Positions 29,133-38,075 of a stretch of DNA of 64,000 nucleotides are shown one piece after another. Origin of the DNA: an uncultured Victivallales bacterium. Its GTDB lineage: Bacteria > Verrucomicrobiota > Lentisphaeria > Victivallales > UBA1829. Numbering within the stretch: the stretch's first letter is position 1; each line of letters begins with the position of its first letter. Below the pieces are notes generated by a model. It saw nothing but the letters and a program-made list of their open reading frames with translations, searched no databases and was not told the DNA's origin. The stretch covers positions 8,955 through 72,954 of the forward strand of contig CALXRL010000031.1 of the NCBI GenBank assembly GCA_944390735.1. The letters are read 5' to 3'. A program made the position numbers and the translations under genes.

Positions 29133-30113
29133 TTATTTTTTTAGGAATTTCAATGGAATAAGTTGTTGGTCTGGTTTCTGTTTCCCCTGGAAAAGTTCCT
29201 TCAGACGGACTACCATGATGCGCGCCCGTTCCTCATGCGGATAGAAATATTTCCCGGAAAACGTCTCCAAACGGTAAAAAAATGAGAAATCTGCATGGCA
29301 TTGTTCGACAAGCATTGAGAGATGGGAATGTCGCTTGTAGTTGCTGATGATGACTCCACGTTTTTCCATCCGGAAATACTCTTCCAGAGAAGCTCCGGAT
29401 TTTTCCCACTCCTTTGCAAGAGTAATCCGGCACTTTTTTCCGGCATCCCGGTACGCCTGTTTTATCATCCTCAGATCATGCCGGACAAACCACTCCGATA
29501 AATCATAGAAAATGGCCGATACATTCCGGTTTGCAAATTCTTTTCCGATCTCATAGCAGGCGGTGTCGGTATCATAGACCACGGTATCCACCTGTGAAAA
29601 ACCGGAATTGTCGCAGATTACCGGCAGACCGGCATCCGCAAGGCGTTTCATGAGAGACTCTTTCAGCATAAGATTATCGATCCAGATGAGCGCATCCACC
29701 TTGTTGCTCAGAATCTCCTCGGAGATCTCATCCTCATCCATCCCGGAGAGCGAAATGATGCGCAGATTGTATCCTTCCTGAATGACCGCGTCACAGGTTG
29801 CCCGCAGACTTTCCCATCCGGAACTGTTGATGTAGTAGCTTCTTCCGCTTTCCAGCACAACTCCGATCAGTTTTGGCATTTTTCCGTTTTGCGGCGAAAA
29901 AAACATTTTCGGGTTCGTGAAATTGCCGATTCCGTGTTTCGGAATCAAAAAACCCTCGTCAATCAGCTCCTTCAGCGCCAGCGAGACGGTGCTTCGGGCG
30001 ATTCCGAATCGCGCGGCAAGCTCCCGGGAGGAGAGAATCTGAACGGACGCATTCCCCGCATGATACAGGATTCCCATCACATAATGCCGGATTCTCAAAG
30101 TCTCTTTCATCAT
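29133..30113 (-). CDS. AraR-type chimeric regulator (GntR HTH + LacI-type sensor domain)
   Basis: Start set at MMKETL. ILSSRELAARFGIARSTVSLALKELIDEGFLIPKHGIGNF (GntR HTH), followed by a PBP1-like domain. 15-nt gap to the downstream pseudopilin-like gene. Confidence 0.75.
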   Translation of the reverse strand: MMKETLRIRHYVMGILYHAGNASVQILSSRELAARFGIARSTVSLALKELIDEGFLIPKHGIGNFTNPKMFFSPQNGKMPKLIGVVLESGRSYYINSSGWESLRATCDAVIQEGYNLRIISLSGMDEDEISEEILSNKVDALIWIDNLMLKESLMKRLADAGLPVICDNSGFSQVDTVVYDTDTACYEIGKEFANRNVSAIFYDLSEWFVRHDLRMIKQAYRDAGKKCRITLAKEWEKSGASLEEYFRMEKRGVIISNYKRHSHLSMLVEQCHADFSFFYRLETFSGKYFYPHEERARIMVVRLKELFQGKQKPDQQLIPLKFLKK

Positions 30114-30323
30114 TAGCGCTTCCCTGAATAATTCGGACCACCATCGGACCACCAACCTAATTATAGCAGATTTCTTCCGGTTTGTCAAGAGGGTTTAATA
30201 TGGTTTTTCTTTTTTTTCAGGAAAATGAGCTGGGATTTATGCAGGGAGAGAGAGGGAACGGGGAACATTTGACATTCCGCCGTTCCTTTCCGGTTCATCG
30301 TTTCAGGTGGTTTTTGAGGGGGG

Positions 30324-31865
30324 TTAAGGGGTCAGTTTGAAAATCCAGCCGTCCTTTCCCTGATAGAGGGGACGCCAGCCGCAGAGCGTCAGGAACCGGC
30401 CGCAGTAGTTGTTTTCAAAGAGAACGACGGCATAATCGGCACCGGTAAGAGTATGGAGTTCCGAGGGACTGCGCCGTTTTCCGTCGGCGGCAATGGAACC
30501 GATGGCGGAAACCTTTGCGGAATCGAACGCATAACCGAACATCGGATCCAGCGCCCAGGTGTATTCGTATTCCGGGGCCGTGAAATAAAGGTACGGGAAA
30601 TCGCTCCAGATGATGTTGACCACCCGCGATCCCTTCGGCACATTCTTATGCAGAGCCTCCGCCAGTTCGACCGGCGCCGGACGGCACCAGTCCCGCAGAT
30701 TCGTCATGCATTGACGAAGCGTGAAAAATCCGCAGATCAGAATGGCCAGCGACACCAGAAGCAGAGGTTTCCACGGCTTCTCAAAAAACGCAAAAAGCTT
30801 CTCCTCCCCGGCATATTGGATCAGCAGAAATCCGGCAAGACAGAGCATCGGCACCGCGTATTCCACCGGACGGATCGAAACCGAACACATTGCACAGATC
30901 CAGAAGAACGCCGAAAGAGTCAGCGCCAGAATCTTCGGCGGAATCGAGCGCAGGGAGTGCTTCTCCGCCGCCCGGATCACAATCATCAGACAGAAATACA
31001 TCCCGATCAGCGCCGGAAGCGCCAGCAGAATCCATCGGAAGCGCGGCGGAAGCAGTTCCCGCGCAAACGGAATATGGGTCACACTTCCGGCAATCGGGGC
31101 CAGCAGCGCGTCCAGCGCCTGAATTTTCCAGATCAGCAGCGTGTTCGGCGTCTGCGGATGAATCAGAAGTCCGCAGAACACCCCCGCCACGGACGCCGCA
31201 AACGCGGAAAACGTCCTCCACCGGTCCCGGGAAAAATACGCCGCGCCGAACAGAAACGCCGTCACACAGACCAGATGCGGACTCGAATAGCTCCACGAAT
31301 ACAGAAAGGAGAGGCCGAACATCCACGCGCAGGTCCGTTTCCGCGCGGGCCCGTCCGCCAGAATCGCCACGCCGAACATCATCAGCGCCATCGAAAGAAC
31401 ATGCGGACGCATCATCAGAAGACGATAGGTGAAATTCGGCAGAAACGCACAGCAGAGCAGGGAGGCCGCCAGAACATTCGGCGGCGAGATCCCCAGCGAA
31501 TTCGCCGCCGTCACAAACGCAAGGAAAAACAGGAAAATGAAAAACACCGCGGCTCCGTTGAATGGCGGAAAAAGCTCCGAATGAAACAGCGCCTTGATTT
31601 CACAATATCCCTTCAGAAGAAAATGAAACAGAAGCTCCTTGTCCGCATAGTGATCGCGCCAGACGGAGAGGGTCAGGGGAAAGGTTTTCGCGAGCATTTC
31701 CGATGTGCTCCGTCTTCCCGCGGCGGCGTGCCAGAAGGCGTCCTCCGAACTCTCCTGGCCGTAGGGAGTGAATCCGATCCGCAGCGCGCCGAGAAGAATC
31801 GTCGGCAGAAGCACCGCCAGCAGAAGCGGCAGGTGGGTTTTCCAGTTGCGCAGCAGCTTCCGCAT
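30324..31865 (-). CDS. Polytopic integral membrane protein (possible GT-C-fold glycosyltransferase)
   Basis: 513 aa with more than 10 hydrophobic segments and a soluble C-terminal about 120 aa. Function not recognisable. Confidence 0.65.
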   Translation of the reverse strand: MRKLLRNWKTHLPLLLAVLLPTILLGALRIGFTPYGQESSEDAFWHAAAGRRSTSEMLAKTFPLTLSVWRDHYADKELLFHFLLKGYCEIKALFHSELFPPFNGAAVFFIFLFFLAFVTAANSLGISPPNVLAASLLCCAFLPNFTYRLLMMRPHVLSMALMMFGVAILADGPARKRTCAWMFGLSFLYSWSYSSPHLVCVTAFLFGAAYFSRDRWRTFSAFAASVAGVFCGLLIHPQTPNTLLIWKIQALDALLAPIAGSVTHIPFARELLPPRFRWILLALPALIGMYFCLMIVIRAAEKHSLRSIPPKILALTLSAFFWICAMCSVSIRPVEYAVPMLCLAGFLLIQYAGEEKLFAFFEKPWKPLLLVSLAILICGFFTLRQCMTNLRDWCRPAPVELAEALHKNVPKGSRVVNIIWSDFPYLYFTAPEYEYTWALDPMFGYAFDSAKVSAIGSIAADGKRRSPSELHTLTGADYAVVLFENNYCGRFLTLCGWRPLYQGKDGWIFKLTP

Positions 31866-31867
31866 GG

Positions 31868-32752
31868 TCAGTCCAGACGGTTTCCGATGATCAGCGCCAG
31901 TTCCTCCCTGCGCTTCCGCGGGATCGCCGATTTTTCCGTAATGATGGCAAAGTCAAGCGCATGGGCGCATTCGCAGTTCCGGTCCAGCGAATCGAATTCC
32001 GTCGCGACATTCCGGACGATCTCCTTGGCCAGCACCGCGTTGGCCCGCAGATTTTCCACCACCATTTCGACGGTCACCGCTTCGAAATCCGTATGCCAGC
32101 TGTCGTAATCGGTCACCATGGCGACCGTGGAGTAGCAGATGCCCGCCTCGCGCGCCAGTTTCGCTTCCGCCAGATTCGTCATGCCGATCACATCCAGTCC
32201 CCATGCCTTGTAGATCTGCGATTCGGCCTTGGTGGAAAACGCCGGTCCTTCGATGTTCACATAGGTTCCTCCCCGGTGCACCTTCGGGCGCTTCATGGAC
32301 GCCACACGCACCGCGGCCCTTTCCGCCGCCCGGTACGCAAGATCCGAGAGATTCGGGCAGACCGGATGGGCAAAACTGATGTGCGCCACCACGCCGTCCC
32401 CGAAAAAGGTGTGCGCGGAGGTCCGGGTGGTCCGGTCGAAGTACTGATCCACGATGACCACGTCGCGGGGAGCGTAGTCCTCGCGCAGACTCCCCACCGC
32501 GGAAATGCTGAGAATGTGAGTCACGCCGAGCTTCTTCATGGCATAGATGTTCGCCCGGTGATTCAGTTCATGGGGCGCAATGGAATGTTCCCGTCCGTGC
32601 CGGGCGAGGAACACGATCTCCGCACCGTCCAGCGTTCCCTGCAGAAACGGCGACGGCGCCGTCCCGAACGGAGTCTCCACGAACTCCTCCTTCTTCAGCG
32701 TGAAATGATCAATCGAGCAGAGACCGCTTCCTCCGATGATGCCCAGCTTCAT
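31868..32752 (-). CDS. mtnP: S-methyl-5'-thioadenosine phosphorylase
   Basis: 294 aa. MKLGIIGGSG, FLARHGREHSIAPHELNHRANIYAMKKLGV, VGSL, and GGTYVNIEGPAFST are typical MTAP/PNP-family motifs. Confidence 0.9.
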   Translation of the reverse strand: MKLGIIGGSGLCSIDHFTLKKEEFVETPFGTAPSPFLQGTLDGAEIVFLARHGREHSIAPHELNHRANIYAMKKLGVTHILSISAVGSLREDYAPRDVVIVDQYFDRTTRTSAHTFFGDGVVAHISFAHPVCPNLSDLAYRAAERAAVRVASMKRPKVHRGGTYVNIEGPAFSTKAESQIYKAWGLDVIGMTNLAEAKLAREAGICYSTVAMVTDYDSWHTDFEAVTVEMVVENLRANAVLAKEIVRNVATEFDSLDRNCECAHALDFAIITEKSAIPRKRREELALIIGNRLD

Positions 32753-32908
32753 AACCTCTTCATCCTTCTTCTGTAAATGCTTTTCTGTTTTGGAAAAATA
32801 CCATGGCTCGGGAGCTTTGGCAAATCCGTCCGGAAAAAATCTTTTTCAAATTCAGTCCGCATCGTCGGTTCCGGACCGGCCGGTGCGGACACTTTTCTGA
32901 AAATGCGC

Positions 32909-33370
32909 TTAAACTTCGGGTTCTTCGGCGGGAGCGTCTCCCGGCTGATTGTCGAGTTTGAGATGTTTCCGGATCTTTTCGGCGATTTCCGCCCGGGCGT
33001 CGTCGGACTCATATTTCAGCTGGCGCCAGTTCCAGTGGAATCCGTCGTCGGTCCAGCGGGGAACCACGTGGAGATGAGCGTGCATGACCACCTGTCCGGC
33101 GACCGTTCCGTCGGAAAGATGAAGATTGAATCCGTCGCAGTCCAGTCCGCGGCGCATGGCCACGCCGAGGCGAGAGCCGACGCGGAACATGCGTCCGGCA
33201 ATCGTCTCCGGCACCGTCGCAACGCTGGTGTGATGCTCCTTCGGAATCACAAGCGTGTGCCCGAAATTGATCGGGGAAATGTCCAGGAACGCATAAACAA
33301 GCTCGTCCTCGTAGAGTTTGACCGAGGGAATCTCCCCGGCGATGATTTTACAGAAAATGCAGTTTTTCAT
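32909..33370 (-). CDS. HIT (histidine triad) family protein
   Basis: CIFCKIIAGEIP..YEDE and the histidine triad VMHAHLHVVPRW. Confidence 0.92.
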   Translation of the reverse strand: MKNCIFCKIIAGEIPSVKLYEDELVYAFLDISPINFGHTLVIPKEHHTSVATVPETIAGRMFRVGSRLGVAMRRGLDCDGFNLHLSDGTVAGQVVMHAHLHVVPRWTDDGFHWNWRQLKYESDDARAEIAEKIRKHLKLDNQPGDAPAEEPEV

Positions 33371-33403
33371 GGCAGCCTCCTTCCGACTGTGTGTTTTCCT
33401 GTT

Positions 33404-34333
33404 TCAAGGTTCCAGTTTCATCAGTTTCCAGATGGTTTTCAATGCGATGGCGGCGGAGATCCCGAGGCTCTCCGCGGAAATTTTGTCGATCGTGTCCCCC
33501 TCCGTATGCCAGTAGAGATTCCCGGGTCCGTAGGAGAAATCGATCAGATCCACCGCGGGAACGCCCTCTTTTGCGAACGCCGTATGATCGTCCAGCATGA
33601 GTGGTCCGCCGGATGCGGCATGCGATCCGTATCCGAGTTCGCGCGCGGAACGAAGCACCAGCGACTGAAGAACAGGATCCGTATCGGAGGGCAGTTTCAG
33701 ACAGAGATCCCGGTCGCCGACCATATCCAGAAGAATCATGGCGCGGCAGTTCCGGAGCCGCCGGTTCCGTTTCAGTTCGGCAACGCAGCGGCGGCTGCCG
33801 TGGAATCCGTCGTTTTCGGAATAGTCGATCAGCGCCTCCTCTCCGTCGAAGAAGACGAATTTCAGCGTCAGCGGGAGCGTCTGTTTCGTTTCGGAGACCG
33901 CCTTCATCACCGCGAGCAGCGCGCCGACACCCGAGCCGCTGTCGTTCGCTCCCGCAAACCGGGGGACGGTGGCGAGTTTCTTGGTATCGTAATGGGCGCC
34001 GATCACCAGGAACTCCTCCGATTTCCCCGGCCGTTCGGCGATGACATTGCGGAAGGTCTTTTCCCCTTCCGGGGTTTGATCCCGGAAGACGTCCACGCGG
34101 ACGCGGAATCCGGGCAGGCTTCCGGCCGTTTCCGCGATCCGGGAAGCGCTCTTTTCCGCCCCCGGGGAGCCGGAAAAGCGGGGGATGATTTCCGTAATCG
34201 CAACCGTCTGATTCCAGGCGAAGGCCGGGTCGGGATGCGGACAGGGCACGGAGGCTTCCCGTTCCGGACAGGCTGTCAGCCCTCCCGTCAGCAGAAGCGC
34301 AGAAAGCAGTTTCACAATCCGTCCCGCACGCAT
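33404..34333 (-). CDS. M28 family metallopeptidase (glutaminyl-cyclase-like)
   Basis: Signal/lipoprotein-like N-terminus. VIGAHYDTK, GANDSGSGVGALLAV, FVFFDGEEA, and LDMVGD are M28 zinc-ligand blocks. Confidence 0.85.
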   Translation of the reverse strand: MRAGRIVKLLSALLLTGGLTACPEREASVPCPHPDPAFAWNQTVAITEIIPRFSGSPGAEKSASRIAETAGSLPGFRVRVDVFRDQTPEGEKTFRNVIAERPGKSEEFLVIGAHYDTKKLATVPRFAGANDSGSGVGALLAVMKAVSETKQTLPLTLKFVFFDGEEALIDYSENDGFHGSRRCVAELKRNRRLRNCRAMILLDMVGDRDLCLKLPSDTDPVLQSLVLRSARELGYGSHAASGGPLMLDDHTAFAKEGVPAVDLIDFSYGPGNLYWHTEGDTIDKISAESLGISAAIALKTIWKLMKLEP

Positions 34334-34343
34334 GGTTCCCGCC

Positions 34344-35546
34344 TCACTTTGACGTGGTTCCCTTGTTGATCATCGCTTCGCGCCGCTGGTAGGTCGGGAT
34401 GTCGAGATCCTCCCCTTTGAAGAGGGTGGGCGCCACATTGGCAAACGCGCCCTTGTTGAAGATCTGCAGTTCAAAAACACCCTGTTCCAGCGGGACGGAT
34501 GCCGCTTCCGCCGCGGAAGAGGGCTGCGGCGGTTCCGTCACGGGCGCGGTCCAGGCGGTTTCCCGTCGCGCCGGCTGGGGAAGCTGTTCATATTTGATGC
34601 AGATCACGGTCACCTGAAGTCGCTCCTCCGCCGTGGACCCCACGTTCACTCCCGTCAGCACCGACGCCGTTTTCGGAAGCAGTCCGCCGATGATTTCCAA
34701 AGTCCGCTTGATCTCTCCGATCTGCAGATCCGCTCCTCCGGTCACCGTGACGATTGCCGCATCGGCGTTTTCCAGTTTTCCGCTTCCTCCCAGGAACGGC
34801 GATTCGAGCATGCGTTCCACCGCGATTCCGCAGCGGTCGAGTCCCTCGGAATTTTCCGCGCATCCGACGCCGAGTCCGCAGGAACATTTTTTCCCCTTCA
34901 GCATTGCCATGAAACCGGCGTAGTCGGAATCGAGGGAGTTTTCACAGTTGAGCAGTCCGCAGATTCCGGTCGCGCTTCTGGCCAGCTCTTCGCAGGATTT
35001 GGCGAACGCCTCCTCAAACGGCGTTTCGGAGGGAAGCATGGAGAAGAGCAGATCGTTGGGGATCCGCATGACAATATCCGCAATCGGCAGCAGATCGTCG
35101 ATGCACTCTTCGGCGTTTTTCCTCCGGGCGAACGATTCAAAGGAGAAGGGGGTCACCAGCAGGAAGACGGCGGGAATCTTCTGAGCGCGCGCCACGCTGG
35201 CGATCGTCCGGCAGCCGCCGGTGGCGACGCCTCCCCCAAGTCCGGCCACCGTCACAATGAGTTTTTTCCCCTCCATCAGAGCGGTGATGGCGTGCCGTTC
35301 CTTGGCCACCGCCTGTTCCCCGCGGATCACATCTCCTCCGCATCCGCTTCCTTCGCGCCAGGTCCATCCGGATCCGGCAAGGATGCAGGCGGTCCGTGCG
35401 CTTTCCTGCAGCGGCGCCAGCGCTTCGCGGTCCGTGTCGATTGCGCCCAGCGCGAACGGGCACGTCCCGGAGGAGAGCAGATTGCGAATCACCCGGCAGC
35501 CCGCGCCGCCGATTCCTAAAATCAGAACATCTTCCGGTTTGCTCAT
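34344..35546 (-). CDS. ftsZ: Cell division protein FtsZ (divergent)
   Basis: 400 aa. VLILGIGGAGCRV (T1), AIDTD, VAGLGGGVATGG (T4 position), VTPFSFE, IPND, and C-terminal peptide EDLDIPTYQRR. ATGA overlap with ftsA. Confidence 0.85.
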   Translation of the reverse strand: MSKPEDVLILGIGGAGCRVIRNLLSSGTCPFALGAIDTDREALAPLQESARTACILAGSGWTWREGSGCGGDVIRGEQAVAKERHAITALMEGKKLIVTVAGLGGGVATGGCRTIASVARAQKIPAVFLLVTPFSFESFARRKNAEECIDDLLPIADIVMRIPNDLLFSMLPSETPFEEAFAKSCEELARSATGICGLLNCENSLDSDYAGFMAMLKGKKCSCGLGVGCAENSEGLDRCGIAVERMLESPFLGGSGKLENADAAIVTVTGGADLQIGEIKRTLEIIGGLLPKTASVLTGVNVGSTAEERLQVTVICIKYEQLPQPARRETAWTAPVTEPPQPSSAAEAASVPLEQGVFELQIFNKGAFANVAPTLFKGEDLDIPTYQRREAMINKGTTSK

Positions 35547-36808
35547 ATCTTGAAGGCCTTCGTTACATCTTTGAGTTTGTTGAAGATTCCGCCGAGCCCC
35601 TCCAGGGCGTCCGCGACTTTTTCGATTCCGATCATGGAACCGCCCCGGCCCTCGATCTGGATCGAATAATTCAGCGCTCCGAGAAGAGCCGCGTAGCGCG
35701 GATCGTCAAGTCCCGTGACCGCGCCGCTGAATTCCAGCGGATCTCCGCGCCGCACATGGGTTCGCAGCACGCCCCGTGCGCACTCCAGCACCGCGGGAAT
35801 CCTGGCGCCCCCGCCCGTGATGACCACGCCGCCATTCATGTAAGGGGAGAGCTTGCGCGCCTCCAGCTCCTGCCGGAGGATGGAGAACATCTCATTGAGC
35901 CGCAGCTCCATGATCTTTTCAAACGAACCGACCGGAATGTTGCGGTACAGTTCCGAAGAGACCGGAAGACGCAGAAACGCCTCCCCGCTGCGTTTCAGCT
36001 GATCGATCTTCCCTTCCAGAAGGAATTTCCGCGCCTGCTCCTGAGTCAGATCCAGCCCGACGGCAAGATCGTTGACAAGATTGTCCATTCCGACCGGCAG
36101 CACTCCGCTGAGGAACACCCCTTCGTCGTGAACGAAGATATAGTCCATCGTTCCTGCTCCGATGTCGATCAGCAGCGTTCCCTGTTCCTTTTCATCGTGA
36201 GTCAGAGTTCCGTAGGCGGCGGCGATTCCGGCGAACACGGGAATGATCTCCTGTTCGAAACCCAGCTCCCGGATGGCGGTCTGCATGGTGCCCAGGCGGT
36301 TCCGTTCCGCAAGAATGATGTGAATGAACGCGTCCAGGCGGCTCGCCGAATGACCGACGGGATCCTTGACGCGCGTGTTCATATCCAGCATGAAATAGGA
36401 GGTGAACGACTCAATGTGCATCTGTTCCGGCGCCAGCGAAATGCTTGAAGCCTTTCCGATCGCCTCCTCCACATGCTCTTCCGTAATATGGCGGTCGGGA
36501 CCGTACAGCATGACGTTTCCCTCGCCCTGACGCGACGTGATCCCCCTTCCGGAAACCAGATAGTAGACACGTTCGCGCTCAAAGGTGCTGCCTGCGGAAT
36601 TGTCCGCATCCTCCAGGGCGCCGGCGAGGGCGGCGGTTGCGGCATGCAGATCCACAATTTCACCTTTGACGATACATCCGGCGGAATCGCGGCTGCCGGA
36701 ACCGAACACCGTCGGAGTGCCGCCCTTGTCGCGTCCGCCGTGCAACGCGCATATTTTGGAAGTTCCGAATTCAACAATTGTGAAAAAATCTCTTCCTTTC
36801 AATGCCAT
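35543..36808 (-). CDS. ftsA: Cell division protein FtsA
   Basis: Start set at MALKGRDFFTIVEFGTSKI. Actin-fold blocks LLIDIGAGTMDY and VVITGGGARIP. C-terminal amphipathic helix GIFNKLKDVTKAFKI. Confidence 0.9.
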   Translation of the reverse strand: MALKGRDFFTIVEFGTSKICALHGGRDKGGTPTVFGSGSRDSAGCIVKGEIVDLHAATAALAGALEDADNSAGSTFERERVYYLVSGRGITSRQGEGNVMLYGPDRHITEEHVEEAIGKASSISLAPEQMHIESFTSYFMLDMNTRVKDPVGHSASRLDAFIHIILAERNRLGTMQTAIRELGFEQEIIPVFAGIAAAYGTLTHDEKEQGTLLIDIGAGTMDYIFVHDEGVFLSGVLPVGMDNLVNDLAVGLDLTQEQARKFLLEGKIDQLKRSGEAFLRLPVSSELYRNIPVGSFEKIMELRLNEMFSILRQELEARKLSPYMNGGVVITGGGARIPAVLECARGVLRTHVRRGDPLEFSGAVTGLDDPRYAALLGALNYSIQIEGRGGSMIGIEKVADALEGLGGIFNKLKDVTKAFKI

Positions 36809-36939
36809 AACCACCACCAGTCGATATTCTGCTCTTGTCAATCGAAGAAATATTACATCAGAATTTGTTTTTTTCGAGCGTTTTTGCAAAAAAAGATGTT
36901 TTTTTTCATTCGGAGAAGGGAAAAGCTCCGTTTCCCCCA

Positions 36940-36968
36940 TTGACAAATCCCGGGATGGTCTCTATACT
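36940..36968 (+). promoter_or_regulatory. Consensus-like sigma70 promoter of the first DUF4886-like gene
   Basis: TTGACA, 17 nt, TATACT. Located 45 nt upstream of ATG 37013. SD aaaggag. Confidence 0.55.
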
Positions 36969-37012
36969 ATATGATATCCGTTTTTCAACAAATCGAATGG
37001 AAAGGAGATTAG

Positions 37013-37957
37013 ATGAAGGCGTTACTTCTCGCTGCCGCCGCAATGCTCGCACTGACATGCGGGGCAAAGGAACTCAAGGTTCTGATGGTCGGGAACAGCT
37101 TTTCCCAGAGCGTGCTGACCTATCTGCCGAAACTTGCGGCGGGCGCACCCGACTGCAAACTCAAACTCGGACAGGCCATGATCGGCGGCTGCACCATGGA
37201 ACGTCATTGCAGCGAATTCAAAAAGGCCGAAAAGAATCCGAACTACAAACCCTACTGGACCAATCTTTCGCTGGATCCGAAGAATCCGAAAAACCACAAA
37301 GTCAACCTCAAGGATCTGCTGACCGCCGACAAGTGGGACATCGTCACCATTCAGCAGGGCAGCCATCAGAGCTGGATGCCGGAAAAGTTCGGTCCGTACG
37401 CGGAAGAGCTGATCGGCATCATCCGGAAATATGCGCCGCAGGCGGAAATCGTCGTTCATCAGACCTGGGCGTACCGCTCCGACGATCCCCGTATCGCACC
37501 CGGAAAACCCGGCTGGAAATTCGAACAGAAGGGAATGTACGACCGTCTCACCAAAAACTATACCGATCTTGCGAAAAAGCATAACTTCCGGATCATTCCG
37601 GTCGGATATGCCGTTCAGCTGACCCGGGAAAAATCCCCGCTGAAATTCCGCAACTACGATCCCGCGCTTCTGAAGACGCTGAACTTCCCGGATCTTCCGA
37701 GCCAGGCCGGCGACGTCGTCGGCAACATGTACTGGACAAAGGACAGAAAGTCCGGAGAAATGCAGATCCGCCGCGACTCCATCCATCTCAACAACCGCGG
37801 AAACTATCTGCAGGGATGCACCTGGTTCATGTTCCTCTTCAACAAAAAGGCCGCCGACGTGAAATTCATCCCGAACAACATCGGCAACAAGGATGCCGGA
37901 TTCCTTGCCGGATGCGCGGAAGAGGCCGTCGCCAAATTCCCGCAGGTTAAGAAATAA
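37013..37957 (+). CDS. DUF4886-like SGNH-fold hydrolase, secreted/lipoprotein (paralog 1)
   Basis: 314 aa. MKALLLAAAAMLALTCGA signal, LKVLMVGNSFS (block I-like), WDIVTIQQGS, and VHQTWAY. Confidence 0.75.
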   Translation: MKALLLAAAAMLALTCGAKELKVLMVGNSFSQSVLTYLPKLAAGAPDCKLKLGQAMIGGCTMERHCSEFKKAEKNPNYKPYWTNLSLDPKNPKNHKVNLKDLLTADKWDIVTIQQGSHQSWMPEKFGPYAEELIGIIRKYAPQAEIVVHQTWAYRSDDPRIAPGKPGWKFEQKGMYDRLTKNYTDLAKKHNFRIIPVGYAVQLTREKSPLKFRNYDPALLKTLNFPDLPSQAGDVVGNMYWTKDRKSGEMQIRRDSIHLNNRGNYLQGCTWFMFLFNKKAADVKFIPNNIGNKDAGFLAGCAEEAVAKFPQVKK

Positions 37958-38075
37958 CCCCCTCTCCGCTTCCGCCGGGAACGATCCCGTTTCCGGCGGA
38001 TTCCCTTTCTTTCCCGTTCCACCCAGAACAGGATCGTTTCCGTTTTATTTTCTTCCCCCCTCGAAAGGAGAGTGC

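Noticed and set aside
30133-30154. Tandem direct repeat TCGGACCACCA x2 upstream of the cassette-2 regulator start
   Set aside because: It is short with only two copies and no dyad symmetry, so it could be chance. There is not enough evidence to call it an operator.
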